Origin: Takakia lepidozioides
Taxonomy: Eukaryota; Plantae; Bryophyta
Assembly: GCA_030704615.1 (NCBI GenBank)
Contig: CM060733.1
Coordinates: 12,462,001 to 12,526,000, forward strand
Reading direction: 5' to 3'
DNA length: 64,000 bases
The translations under genes were made by a program, and so were the position numbers. The number at the start of each line of letters is the position of its first letter. The first letter of the stretch is position 1. A model generated the notes under the pieces. That model was given only the letters and a program-made list of their open reading frames with translations. It made no database searches and was not told the DNA's origin. Positions 49,601-62,274 of the stretch are shown piece by piece.

Positions 49601-49730
49601 GGTGTGTGGTGACTGCCACACCTCCACCAAGTTCATCTCAAAGATTGTTGGCCGAGCAATTGTTGTACGGGACGCTAACCGCTTTCACCACTTTGAAGAT
49701 GGGGTTTGTTCTTGTGGGGATTACTGGTGA
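46647..49730 (+). CDS. PLS-class PPR-E-DYW RNA-editing-factor-like protein (1027 aa from first ATG), intronless
   Basis: Six near-identical 101-aa PLS units plus P2-L2-S2, E1/E2 and DYW (HHSEKLAIGYGL...VCGDCH...CSCGDYW). The first ATG in the ORF is at 46647. Confidence 0.92.
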   Translation: MTTASKRGPREGVHYGASGTSGHVRMLCEAGRLKEALQTLNQGGISADSDTYVRLLHKCIKIKGLEAGKQVHAHIIESGFKPNVFLHNTLVNMYVKCRSIVDAHRVFNKMPQRTLITWNIMLAGFTKHGCGRNALETYEQMIREGVKPDRITFVSVCNACASLAALEKGKEVHGDIIKAGIVPDVILNNTLVDMYSKCGCIEDAKGVFNNMAKRDVVSWNAMIAGYAQQGHGMEALQTYEQMMQEGVKPDHITFVCVCNACASLAALEKGKEVHGDIIKAGIVPDVILDNTLVDMYAKCGCIEDAKGVFDNMAERNVVSWSAMIAGYAQQGCGMQALETYEQMVRGGVKPNHVTFVSVCNACASLAALEKGKEVHGDIIKAGIVPDVILNSTLVDMYAKCGCIEDAKGVFDNMAERNVVSWSAMIAGYAQQGCGKEALETYEQMLREGVKPDHITFVCVCNACASLADLEKGKEVHGDIVAAGIVPDVILNNTLVDMYAKCGCIKDAKGVFDNMAERNVVSWSTLIAGYAQQGCGMEALETYEQMMQDGVKPDHITFVCVCNACASLAALEKGKEVHGDIIKAGIVSNVILNNTLVDMYAKCGCIEDAKGVFDNMAERDVVSWSTMITGYAQQQRGIEALETYEQMMRDGVKPDHITFVCICNACASLAALEKGKEVHGDIVKAGIVPDVILNGTLLDMYAKCGCIEAAKALFDNMAERNVVSWSAMIAGYAQHGCHREALQLFEGMQKEGLKPDSIAFTCVLSACSHAGLLDEGRRYFDSLSQDHGVTLTGKHLGCMVDLLGRAGQLDEAQDLINKMSIKPDVVVWKALLGACRIHGNVEMAERAATSILKWDDQDAATYVLLSNIYAAAGRWDDSAKVRKMMKVRGVRKEAGRCCIEVGNRVHTFVVDDNLHPKIKEIHAELRRLSGQMKEAGYLPDTRFVLHNLGEELKGDSLCHHSEKLAIGYGLISTAPRTPLRLIKNLRVCGDCHTSTKFISKIVGRAIVVRDANRFHHFEDGVCSCGDYW

Positions 49731-51700
49731 AACGATGTTTTTTCTGGAAAGGTGTGAGTTTCGTGCTTCATCCACTGATCTGTATAGCTACGCAGGTCAT
49801 CCACCATTTCCTGAGAATATTGACAATGATGTACTGTTGATGGCATTTCCTGTGGCATATCCACGGGAATGATAGTGGGGTCTAAGTCCAAAAAGTGGCC
49901 AATTGCCAGAGGGGGTGATGGGAGTGGGTGGGCAGCATACCGTGGAAGTCAGTTTGTGTGGGGAGCCTTCTATTGGCGCAGCTGTGCATGTGTCGGAGGG
50001 CCAGTGGACAGCAAAGTGGGGAAGGCTCGCTGGGTTCAGTGTAGGGTGGGGATGCTCTCAGTACTTCTACTTTCACATGTCTTCATACTCATCTCAATTT
50101 ACTAAAACTTTTTTCTGGTCGTTGAATGCGGGCATAGAAGCAGCATGGAGCCTGTTCCATTTGTTGGAGTTTAGGGGACAATGGCTTGTACGTAAACCGG
50201 AATTGGTCGGATCAATGGATTGGGGAAAGACACAGGCGGATCAATCCCTTCTGAGACCATTTGGAAAACGTGGATGAACATCGATCAAAAGCTCGATTGT
50301 GGACGGTATTTCACCACTACGGGCTGTAGCCTGGCACACCCCCCACCGCGGCTCGGCAGTAAGAATGGACGTACGAAGAAACAGATGAAGCTACTCATCC
50401 ATAGCCTACCGATGAGGCCGGTGACCAACGCGAGAGGGCGAGAGGGCGAGAAGGCAAGCGTTGGCCTCGGCCCGCACGCCGCTCTCTGGAGCCTTCCCTG
50501 CACCGCGCGGAGCTCACTGCTGACACGCTCGCTGTCTGTGCTCGGCCGTGCCTATGGTTCTGGCCCCAGACTGCTATTCTCTTTCCGTCTACTGTTGGTT
50601 TCGGTTTGTGTTCTTCTGAGAGAGCTCTATTTGGCATCGCTGTGTCTGTGGTTTACCTAGTGTACACGCAAGGGGTCTACTTTGTTATTCCAGTTCCGAC
50701 AAGAATCTTCGAAGAAAGATCTATGTAAGTCTTGATCTGGCTCTTTGATTACGTCTTGTTGGTGCTCTGTTTTGAAGAGAGAAACTTGTTGTGTGCTATA
50801 ACGAAGATTCTGACTGGTGGTAATGGTGACCGCGGAGGTTCCTCGTTCCCGTATGACGAGCAAAAGGAACATATGCAGGTCTTTTGGCTTGTAGTGAGAC
50901 GTCACTTGGTTGCATTTGGCTTGCTCTTTTAAAACCTAGAATATTCCGAAACTTCTCTTAAATAGTGACATTGATATGAAAATTGTGGTCAAACTCGGGC
51001 TCAAGGCTTGTTGAGTGTATTTCGGACCAGCACTTTTCGGCGGAAAACTCTGTAACTTGTAATTCCAGCTCGTAGGTTAGGATAGAATACTTGGAAACTT
51101 TGGAAGTTTCTGAGGAGGTAAAGACTAAGACCTCAGCCTGAGGGTGCCTTATAGAGGCGCCATCTATTTCTGTATATTGAGAATTGGAGTGCCGTGGATG
51201 TTTGAAAAGATTTAGGTTGTGGCTACAGTAACCTTCAGATTTGGACGTGAAGCTTCTGTAGGAGAGTGCTAAAGCATCGGATGTAGTTTCGCTGTATTTC
51301 TCTGCTCGCACTTATGGACTGCAGCAAGTTCCATTGTAGAAGCCTTGCCGAGGCTATTTACTTGGTGAAGCCACCTATAAACTTGTTATACCTTCAATAT
51401 GCTCAGTGAAGTAATAGACTCGAGGTTTCGGCTTGCTACCGCACTAACTTTGCCTCTCCCCTATCGGTTTGTTTGCAGGAGGTTGCTATCTAGTATCTTC
51501 AGCTGTGGCGTTCTTCCTTTTTGACCTAAGGACCTTTATTCAAGTTCTGGTTGAAGATTGACACAAATAAGGTTTGAAAGGGCTTTGACTTTGGTGACTG
51601 CGACCATTAATCACAATTTGGCCTACGGAAAGTGTAGACATACTGGTCAAAGGATACAATTGGTGTCGAAGGCACCAGGATTATTTGAGATACAAGACGA

Positions 51701-53757
51701 ATGGCAGAACATTTAGCCTCAATCTTTGGCACAGAAAAGGACCGCGTTAATTGCCCATTCTACTTCAAGATTGGAGCATGCAGACATGGAGACCGTTGCT
51801 CTCGGTTGCACAACAGGCCAACTATTAGCCCTACTTTGCTGTTATCCAACATGTATCAAAGGCCTGACATGGCTGCCCCTGGAATGGATCCACATGGCCA
51901 AAACATGGACCCTCGGAGAGTGCAGGATCATTTTGAGGTAAATCATGTTTTGCTGCCTCCACATTACTTTTCCATGTCTAATTCTTCAGCTTTTCTGGTA
52001 TCTGCTGCTTGGCCCTTTTTGTTCTAAGTTCACTAATGGGACAATGCTTACTGTCTTAATTTCACTTACTATTGTTGCCTTTCAAGTGTATCTGGACGGT
52101 ACTACAGGCCATAGCGTCTCTCTGTGTTTGGTGGAAGTAAACCAAAGTTCTTTCTTCTCAATGTTTCCGCTGTAAGCTCTACTAGGAGTGGTTCTGCTGC
52201 TAAATCTACTCCTGGGATTGAAAGTTAAGTTTGTCACATATCATGGAATGCTGCCTATGAACATCGTTAGGATGGATTATGAGGCACAAGTCCGCCGACT
52301 CTGTTGTATCTGCCTTGCTACTGGATGCCATTTCTAATGGAGTAGGCACCTAATGATTTGACCTTGTACTATTTTTATGCACAGGATTTTTATGAAGACA
52401 TTTTTGAGGAGCTGAGCAAATATGGAGAGCTGGAAAGCCTCAATGTGTGCGACAACCTTGCTGACCACATGGTAAACACAAAAAGGTTTCACTGCCTCCT
52501 ATGTGATAGGAATGAAAACTCAATCCTGCAGAGAGGTTCCATTGGTTTAGACGATTCAATGAGATATGCATGTTAGGGACGCACATGTAGTGGTTATTCT
52601 TTCTTGTCTGCTGCCTCTGGTTCCGTTTTGAATGGGCAGGAAGTGTTTCATACTCTGGTTTTCTGGATATAGGTTGGGAATGTGTATGTCCAGTTCCGGG
52701 AAGAAGAACAAGCTGCAGCTGCATTGCAAGCATTAACGGGCCGGTTTTATGCAGGTCTGTGATGTCAAACCTTCAAAAGTTCTTCTTGTGTCATCATTCT
52801 TGAAAAGAGACCATCTCTTTGTCCCATGTAATGTGGAGTCAGTCTGCAAATAAAGTGCTGGCATGGTTTAGTGGATCTGCAGAGTTATGTTCAAGCAGTA
52901 TAACGCATTTGAGGGTGAATGCATAGGACTCCTGTTTTTTATGGTCATCTGCTTGATGCCGGAGATTTATGTTTGCTTTTGATGTTGTTGAGGCTCTCAG
53001 TTTGGTCTAAAGTGACCTGTTTGAATTGTCTGTGGCAGGACGTCCAATGATTGTGGACTTTTCGCCTGTGACTGATTTTCGAGAGGCCACCTGTCGCCAG
53101 TATGAGGAGAACACTTGCAACCGGGGTGGCTACTGTAATTTCATGCATTTGAAAAAGATCAGTAGGTCAGAATGTTGTCCCTTTGCTGCCTTTGGCGTAG
53201 TCACACCATAATGGTCATATCATTTTTTACCTTAGCATGGTTAACTGAGATGGAATACAAGATGTGAGTCTGTTGGCTTCAAGTTTGTTTTTCAAGGTGC
53301 TCAATTGACTAGAGACTGACAGCAGTTGAGTACATGCTACAGGGATCTTCGAAGGAAGTTGTTTGGAAGCTACAAACGGCATAGTCGCAGTCGCAGTCAG
53401 AGCCACAGCCTGAGTCCACCCCGCCGTGACTACGACAAGCATTCCAGAGACTATGATGACTATCCTCGCGGTGGACGAGGATATGATCACAGATATGATG
53501 ACCGAGACGAGAGGTTACGATCCAGCAGGATGGACTCTAGTCGGAGTCATACTCGTAGCCCTGGCAGCCGTCATAGGCGCAGCAGAAGCAGGAGTCTTGT
53601 GGGAAGGCGTAATCGGACTCCAGTCCGGGAGGGTAGCGCTGAACGAAGAGCAAAAATTGAACAGTGGAACAAGGAGCGAGAAGTACAAGAGGCAGCCGCA
53701 AATGGAAAAAGTGGGGATGTTTCCAATGGTGGCCGAGGGTCATACAAACTCCGATGA
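51701..53757 (+). CDS. U2AF35: Splicing factor U2AF small subunit; exons 51701-51937, 52385-52471, 52673-52754, 53039-53165, 53343-53757
   Basis: [37 protein letters not shown] (CCCH), UHM ([15 protein letters not shown]...GNVYVQF), a second CCCH ([19 protein letters not shown]) and an RS domain. All junctions are GT-AG with consistent phases. Confidence 0.97.
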
Positions 53758-55004
53758 CGCTTGAAAATATAGGCCTCGGTTTGTTCCATACCTGGCCTAG
53801 CGTAATTCCTGTCTTCCCGTGTCTCCCACTGTCTGTCCACCTTCTCAGAGGTGACACGGCTGTCTTTCTTCTGGGCAATCGCCAGATGGTTGATTAGCTC
53901 TCACCGATCATTTTACTCTGTGCAGGTGGTGTGCAGGTTGAAGATGCTGTGATATCTGCAACTTTCGGTTCTTGGGGACTGGGGAGCCTAGGGTGGGTTT
54001 GCAGGGGCAGGGGTAATGGCACTGGGTGTTCTATCACTCACTGTTATTTGTCCACAAATGCATGAGTGAGGTGAGGTTATCCTTGCAGTTAACCTGCTAG
54101 TCTGGTAATCAAGCAGATTACCTGGTCTAGTGCACTTCTAGGGGTTGTCAATTTACACAATTGGCAGTCTGAGCCATGGAATGTATTGAACAAGTAGGCA
54201 GTGGGGAGGGGCGGGTGGGGAGGTGGAGTTTTGGGGTGTTGCCTGGGTTTCCGGAGTGCTCTCACATGTTATGAGTTTGGTGCAGGACCCAGGTTTTTCA
54301 GGTTGGTTCCTTCTGCCATGAAGGTGCGTCAGGCTAACATATGGTTTGTGTACAGGTGGACGTGGGAGGAACGTGTATAGAACATTTATATGTTGCGGCG
54401 CGGCGGGTGTTTGTCAGCTTCAGTTTCTCTCCCCTCTGTGTCTTCTGGAGATAGTAGGGATGATGACCTGTGCTGCAGGTTCAGGAGAGTTGAAAGGGCT
54501 TATTTTTTGATCCTGCGCAGGTTTGCAGGTCAGCCATAGCCATTCCTCTAATCAAGCTCATGTCTTGCGCAGGGGCATGGTTTTTAATATTTGCTTTGCT
54601 AGGATCACATCTGTCTGCAGGTGCAGGAACTTTTTTTCTTTCTGCCTTTTTCTCCAAGTGACTACTTGGATCTGCAGGTACAGCCAGGTGGTGTCCTTTT
54701 AGTGCAGGGGTGTGATCAGACCAGCAATGTTTCGTTAGCACTGGGAAGATGGCACTTCTGCAGATTACACAGCTGGCGATATGCCTAGCTGTAGTTAGTC
54801 TTTACATGTAGATTTGTGATTCTTTTCTCAGATTAAAATGCCTGTCCATATTATCCATATGGATGTAGCTGACTGTTGGAATTTCTTTCTTACAAGCCTT
54901 CCCGATGTGGATATAGCTTGTGAAATCAGGAATGGAAGTTGCTGTTTACAGTTGACACTCAAGGAATGCCATGTATCTTATTCCACCTCCGCTTGTCTGG
55001 ACTA

Positions 55005-55500
55005 ACGCAAATGAATAGATTGTACTCATAAGACGTTGTTTGCCGTAGCCTTGTGGCCATTGACCCCGCGCCCAGTTTGAGCGGGAACAAAAGGGACAGA
55101 ACCTACCTCTGTCAGGGGCTGACGTTGTTAGTAAGACTTACCTCCATATAAAGAATTAATCCCGGTTTTCCAGATATCCTCTAGAAATCCCTTCACACAA
55201 GCATCAATCTGCTGTGTGTGAAAACGCAAATGAATAGAATGCGCTCATAAGATGCCGTTTGCTGTAGCCTATTATGGCCATAGACCCTGTGCTGAGTTTG
55301 GACAGAACAAGATGGAACAGCCATACCCTTTGTGAGGGGCTCACTCCAGTGGTGGGACCTACGTTCTTGTAAACAGTGTCAGCATGAACAGACGTACTCA
55401 TACTGTGTTTGCAGCCTTGTGGCCATGGACCCCGACCCCGCACCCAGTTTGGTGGAAAAGAGAATAGACACTACCTTTGTGAGGGCCTCACTACAGTAAT
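55005..55500 (+). repeat. Three diverged tandem copies of a ~130-bp repeat also found at 9471
   Basis: Units with CTCATA...GTTTG..GCCTTGTGGCCAT.GACCCC...AGTTTG...ACC.TTTGTGAGGG at ~55005, ~55225 and ~55390. Confidence 0.7.
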
Positions 55501-58500
55501 GCGACTTCCCTTGATATAAACAATTTGTTTGGGCTTACATGCATCAATCTGTCGTGTGTGATCCGCAGAACATTTAGACCCCAACAGCACCAGGGCTTGA
55601 GGCTTTAGATCCTTGTGCATGTGATTTGCCCAGCAATTAGACCCCGACAGGGCCAAGGGTTTAGGTTCAGAGAGAGAGAGAGAGAGAGGATGCCTCACAA
55701 ATAAGAGCTGACAGTGACTTAAGATCGAGAGTATGTTTGGCAGATAGCTGCTACTGTTGGCTCCTATCCGAGAACTACTAAACTTACTCTGCCTTTGCAG
55801 AAGATTATGGCAATGTATCTTGAAGAGCGTGAGAAGCAGAAAGAGTCTCAGGTAATAAGCAGCCATCTACTTCATGTGATAAAAGGGTAAGTAACTCCTT
55901 TGTGTGGCAAAGGAAAGTTACTGGTGGGACTACCAGAAAGTCAGAAAATAAATGACGAGAGGTAATCAGGTTTCAGCTGTATAAGTGCCGGAGGAAGGTG
56001 GTTGTTGTGGACATGAGGGATGCGCTAAGGCGCATGTGAGCCACATATATACACACTTACATATACCTTCGCCGTTGGCTAGCATTCCATTAACAAGGTG
56101 ACGAACCTTGACAGTCATATATTCAAGAGTTGTGGGCTTGCACACAGAGCGTGCTGCAATGCAACCCCTTTTCTGCAGTACAGAACTGGATTCGTGGAGC
56201 TGCAAGGAGAGCTCTCACCCTAGAGTCATATATATGCCAACAACAGCAAGGTCAAGAAGAAAAAAAGTGCAGGGCCCTTGAAACGAATTGGGAGTGTGAA
56301 TGTGCTCTGCACCTCAGCAGTGGAGGTTTCCTTATTACCAAACACAGGCCACATGTGATGGGGGACACAAAAAAGCTTATTTTTCCGTTGTTGGTGTTCA
56401 TATGAGAGATGAAGCAAACAAGGTTCATCTCGCCCAGTCTTATCCATTTGGCTAACTAAGACATCTTGGACCCAAGCCTTGATTGATGGTCCACTGTGTG
56501 CTGCGTGTATCCATTGTGAAACTTTAAAACGATATCTTGGAAAGCTTCTTCAGAGGCATCTCTGGCAGGAGATTCCACCCACATCTCTCCAATGCAACAG
56601 AAGGATCACAGTTAGGCATGGGCACTGCCTAGTGCACCTCGAGGAAGGACCCTCCAACTTGAAACAGGTCAATCAGCAGTTGACGTCTGTCGCTGTGTGG
56701 TTGTCCCCTTGAGTGTTTTTGCTTGCGGGATTTTTACTTTGCAAACAATCTCACTCAATCCAGTTAGACAGACCGTACTGATTGCAAAGCTCAGAAGGGA
56801 TGCACTAGCCAAGGTCTTCCAATAACTCAAACCACCACCGGCATCGCATTCAGGCCCCTCATTCATTTGGGCCCCACCCTCTTTTATGAATCTTTTTAGA
56901 GAATGGGGCGGAGCCCTTCAATCAAATTGGAATTACTTGGCAGGAGGCCGTGAGGTCCCACCTTTGAGTCAACGTAAACCCATTCCACGCGAGTCTCCCT
57001 CCCTAGACTCTCATAACTCATATATATATATATATATATATACTTGGAAGTCACTCACAAATGAGGACAAGGAAACAGCTGAAAGAAACAAGCTAGAGTC
57101 GTAAGCGATGAGAAGCAGAACAGATGACAGCTTCAACGCTTCCCACGAAGTGCTTTTGTCGTAAGTAGGATGTGGCACTCGGGATCCTTAGGTAGGATGT
57201 AGGATGTGGCACTGGGGAATTGGTATCGGTAAGCGTGAACAGCGCAATCCACGGTTATGGGGGTAATGGGGGTAATATGTCTGAAAAGGGAAGTACAAGT
57301 CATAAGCGGACATAGGGCACTGATGCACCGCACAATAAATAAATTAAAACCAATATAAAAATTTATTTGGAATTATTTGAAGGAAAAAAAGAAGAAGAGT
57401 TAAAACGTTAAAACCTAGTAATGCCATGACACTTAATAGTATGGTACTTAAAGTAGATACTTAATAGATAAGTAATAATTTTAATTTTATAATATCAAGT
57501 TTTTGCCGGCATATGGATGACTCAAATAACTCACATCTATCATTTTGAGCTTATATAGAGTTTCATTGGCAAAAACAAAATTAGGTTAAATTGGACAAAG
57601 AAACTAGTTTCATTGGCGAAATCAAAATAAATAAAATTTAAAAATCAAAAGAATATTTTGTCTGTCGATGTTTTCTAAAATTTTATTTTCAGATGGATAT
57701 CTTATGCAAAGAAGTATGCATAGTATTTGAAATTGTCTTTATCGTGAGCACATTTTCGTTTTGTCTAACATACTCTCAACTTATTCTTAGAATATGTAGA
57801 ATATCTTGTCTTGCTCATGTAAGCATGCTCACACGCTAGTCAACTTTGTTGCTACTAGGTGGCTTTGCTCAGCCAACTCTTGGCTTGGGAGCCGATCCTC
57901 TGTACTGGTCTGATGGCTCTTTCAAGGTTTATTTTTCGTCGGTTAACATATTCTAAAGGGCTCCGCTCCTTTTCTAGAAGAAAAAATTATTAAAAATAAA
58001 TTCAGACCCCATAACTACATAGAAGATAAAGATAAAGTTTCTTTAACGTCCAGTGAATTTACAGAGCCTACTGCTCAACACACAGGCCATCCAGGGCCCA
58101 ATGGACGGTCTGAAGGCACATGTTGAAGGATTGGACCCAGGATCATCTAGGTTAGAAGAGAAAATAACCTCACAAGCACATCGCAAGGGGAAGAGGGCAA
58201 AATTATACCACACTCGACAAAACCACCTAGGTGACACTTAAGGAAATACCAAACTGAGCTGCCGACTAGTGGGTAAAATATTGACTGACAACTAGAGCTT
58301 TGCATTGTTCTACTATTAACCACTTTAGTGAACAATGTCCCAGACAATGGGAATGGAGTTGGTATAAAAAATGTAATCGAGATGTCATGTGTGGAAGTTT
58401 ACATCTAGATGCTATACCCGATTTTCATTTTCAAACTAGGCATTAATACAACAATTACCATTTCAAGCATTTGCAAGTTTTTTTTGTTTCTTTCTCTCTT

Positions 58501-61203
58501 TATATAGGGCCCACCCTAGTTGTTTTTTATTTTGCGTTTGTTCATGATGATGGCCGTGAAAGAGCATATGATTTTTTATTATTATTAAAAAGATCTTCCT
58601 TGCACTGTTAACAGATTTTGAGTTTCTATGCAAAAAGAAAGCAAAGTACGGCACAATGAAAATCAACATTAAAAAAGACAAATACAAATATGGATATGGA
58701 TGGTAATGAATAAAGTATTGAAATTTGAAATGTAAATCTGTATTCTGGACAAGTTTACATTAGGCTCATACAAGTTGTTTATCCTATTTCACAAACACAA
58801 AACACCATTTATTGTACGCATTTTCACCAATGTCAATTATGGGGGCAACATCACATGCATTTGGTGACTTAGACTTGCGATTCCCAAACCCTAGAGCGTT
58901 TAGAGAAAACAGATTGTTTAAAAAAGAGAGTAAGTAGTTACAGAAATTTAGTGAAAACTGAACACATGCATGCAAGTGAAGGTGAATTGGAAGGTATTTA
59001 AAATCCATAGAACACACCAAAATCATGTCTTACTCACACGAATCAACGTCAAAATCCTCAGGTCACTTAGATTAGGCTCAAGGACAATAGTGTTTGTCTG
59101 GGTAGCTGACGATGACCCTTCAGATAGTGGAGCAATGATATTCACAAAAAATCAAAATACCCCTCCATCCCAAGAAGGTGTAGCTCTAGAGACTTGCATG
59201 GATGGAATGAAGAACCTAGAAGAGAACAACTTCACACAATTAGAATGAATTGTTCCAGAGATGTATATAGATGGAGTGGAAAGTGGAAATGCACAAGGAC
59301 AGATAACAAACATGTCGCAAAAGAGAGGTCCATCACCCCGCTGCCATGACTGCTGCAAGTCTCAATATTAGAGTCTGCATGAAAGCGGGGGATTTCTCGC
59401 AAGCACCTCTCCATGGAATGCCACTGGCCCCTTTCTCGCTGTTTATATTCAATAGTGTCGTTCATTTTCAGATCCGTCCATGTTTGGTTTCCACCTTCTC
59501 TTTCTCTTTCAGATTCAAAATAGTAAATAGAAATAATGAAAAAACAGTTCAAAACATAACTCCAAATAGTTTGCATTTTCCAACAAAATTTGTCAAAATC
59601 CACGGAAATAGGCATGCAACCACGGTAATAGGCCCCAGACCCTTGAAGACTATAACGTCAGCCTAGCTGGGCTCATAGGCTCACATGGCCAAGCTCACGT
59701 TCTAGCATCCCCCCCCCCCCCACATTCCCCCCTTGTCAGATGGTGGTGGTGTCTAGTCTCCTGGCCTTGGGGTTGTGTGGGGTTCAATGTCTTGTATGGC
59801 TCATAAATGAAAGGTGATTATTTCCCATCCTCCTATTGCAATAATTGTGAGCTTTAGCTGGGAGTTTTATTATTATTTTTTCAATTAATAATAACAATAA
59901 ACACTCCAATGATGGTGAGGGATGAAGAGAGAATGCTACACCTAGCCGACAACAATACATCTTGCGCGCAAGACTAGAAATCAATTGGAAGAAGGAGCTT
60001 GAACCAAATAGGAGATCGACCATGCAGGTAGAGCTAAGAGCCCTAAATGTCTAAAAATCAACAGAGGTGACAATGCTCTCACTATAATATCACTTGAGGC
60101 TGAAAACTGAAGTTCAATACGAGAAAGCCTATGCAATTCTGAGTAGCAGGGGCCAAGGCTGATAATTGAAAATCAACGATTATATACCCTTAGCTTTAAC
60201 ACACTTGAATTAGATCCTCCGGGCCCTCAAGTGACTTGAAATCTGCAGAGGAGTGCAAATTACTCATTTTATGGAGCTCCTCTAATGCAATGGCCATTGG
60301 AGAAATGCATGGAGAAATGCTCTCGTTTATTGGAGGATGCTCCGACAATGGTTGAATATCTACTATCTTGGAGTGCTAAGTTCATTTCTGAGCTATTGGA
60401 GCGCAAGTCTAAGACGTAATCTCTCATACTTGCATTAGCATCAGATAGTCCTTGCACCTTTTTCTCTAGGAGAGCTAGGAGAGCATCACGAAGTAGAAAA
60501 CCATTGTAAAGCAGCTCTTTGGTATGGAATGTTGGTCTGTGAGTGGATTGAAGGGATAACTGAACGATTTCAGAAATCCATAGCTTAGAATATATATGAT
60601 GGATTGTTCTTCATGATCATTTCAGCTTTAGGCTCCATGAAGTTCAAGATTTGCATCGATGAACCATAATATTTGATGACCCCGTATGCGGTGGGGCCTC
60701 TGAAGGGTGGGATTGTGGAATAGAAAGAATATAGTTTGGGTGGTGAAACTTGAGGTGGGAGTCATAGGGGAGTCTCAAGATTCACTGCAAACGGCCTAGT
60801 GAGTCAAGGCCGGTTCTTGTGGTGCTGATCCAAAACTTAAGGGCTTGTTGTGGAATAGTAATTACTATTCGCAACCAAGAGCTAGATGGAATATCCAAAC
60901 GAGCTGAAAAACAATCAGGTGTGGGAGTTGATCCGGACTACCATAGGGAAGTCCTACCATCCATAGTAACAACATGGAGTTGAGGATGTAATTGGGGGAT
61001 TCAAAATGGACCATTGCGCTTTAACTTTCGGCCAAATCTCTCATTTGGGCTAATGGGTCTAATAGAGAGTTAGATACGCACACAAAGCTAGTAACTATGA
61101 TCTGAATAGGAGTTAACCAAATAGAGAAGAAGCAAATGCGCGACATGTGGGGCCCTTATTGCAAAGTCAACTATTTTAAAATCCATTTTTACATTGTTTA
61201 GAC

Positions 61204-62274
61204 CAGTGTTGGGTGGGTATATAAATTACCCTGATATACCCGACGGGTATATCAGGGTATATTGATATATATATACCCTGGTGTGGCAAGTTTAGGTACC
61301 CGGATGTATACCCTTATATCAGGGTATATTTTTATGATTTACCCTTACCCTTATATTTACCCTGCATCAAGACGCTCAATATACCCTACTTTCCTGAAGG
61401 GTATATCTAATCAGGGTATATAAGCCTTTATGTGCCTTCATAGCCTTCATGTGGTAGGTCTTTTCTCTTTTTGTTGTGTTGTTAGGGCGCGCCTTGAGCT
61501 TTAAGAAAGCTCAAATCACAAATGCTACATATTTATCATTCCTAAAATGTCAAATAACCCAAACAATACCTCTTCAGATCTCGCATATATATATATATAT
61601 ATATAAGGAAACCTGCCCACAATTTAGGTCCTTGAGGGGGGAAATTTTTTTTTTCTTTTTTTTCTTGAAACCTGGGAGCGCCAGCCCACAATTCAGGCGG
61701 GCCCTTGAGGAGCGGGAAAGATTAACCCCCTTTCATTTATGGACCATGAGACCTATAGGACGATCAATGCCCAGACGTACCGTCACAAACAATCCCGGGG
61801 CAAGGTAGCGGGTTCGAACCCGAACTACGATAGCGTTACACATTGTGCACTTACCAGCTGAGCTACCAGCCAATGTGCTTTTTTTTTAATCTCAAACCTC
61901 CTCCATCTTGCATTGGAAATTAACACCAAAATATTATGCAATATCTTATCAATTTTCTCTTTTACCCTAGATTGTTTTTTTTGTGTTTTGTACATATTGA
62001 AGAACGTCATATATTCCTTACAACCATTAAATTACATATTAATTGAAATAACTATCCATACCAGGAAACTATTCATACCCTCAGGGTATATTTTGGCATA
62101 TATATCCATACCCGGGGGTTATATAGACATCTGAAAAGTTAATTTATCCATACCCGGAGGTAAATAGTTTTTTGAGATTTCGATTTATCCATACCCGAAG
62201 AGTAAATTATTTGACAAAAATAATTTACTCATACCCTAAGGGTATATTGAAATCAATATACCCGCACAACACTG
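61204..62274. mobile_element. Non-autonomous hAT element
   Basis: TIRs CAGTGTTG.G.GGGTATAT / ATATACCC.C.CAACACTG, a perfect 8-bp TSD GTTTAGAC (61196-61203 and 62275-62282), and many ATACCC/GGGTAT subterminal motifs. Confidence 0.9.
61645..61875 (-). mobile_element. tRNA-derived SINE nested in the hAT element
   Basis: The minus strand reads GGTAGCTCAGCTGG...GGGTTCGAACCC (A and B boxes) with an A-rich tail at ~61645-61665. Confidence 0.65.

Larger units (their letters stand above)
37636..49884. repeat. Giant inverted duplication (palindrome): left arm 37636-43613, 20-bp spacer 43614-43633, right arm 43634-49884
   Basis: Mirror ORFs occur on opposite strands (e.g. 42362-42613 - and 44673-44924 + translate identically). 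The centre reads ...CATCTCTACATCC caaatcggagaggatgtaga GGATGTAGAGATG... Homology extends ~135-150 bp past both PPR stop codons. Confidence 0.95.

Noticed and set aside
37636-49884. Palindrome as an assembly or fold-back read artefact
   Set aside because: The arms differ by many substitutions and several indels while both PPR frames stay open, which is unlikely for an artefact. Spanning reads should still confirm it.
59900-61000. Possible decayed retroelement coding sequence on the minus strand
   Set aside because: Only short broken frames with no recognisable gag/pol motif or LTR pair.
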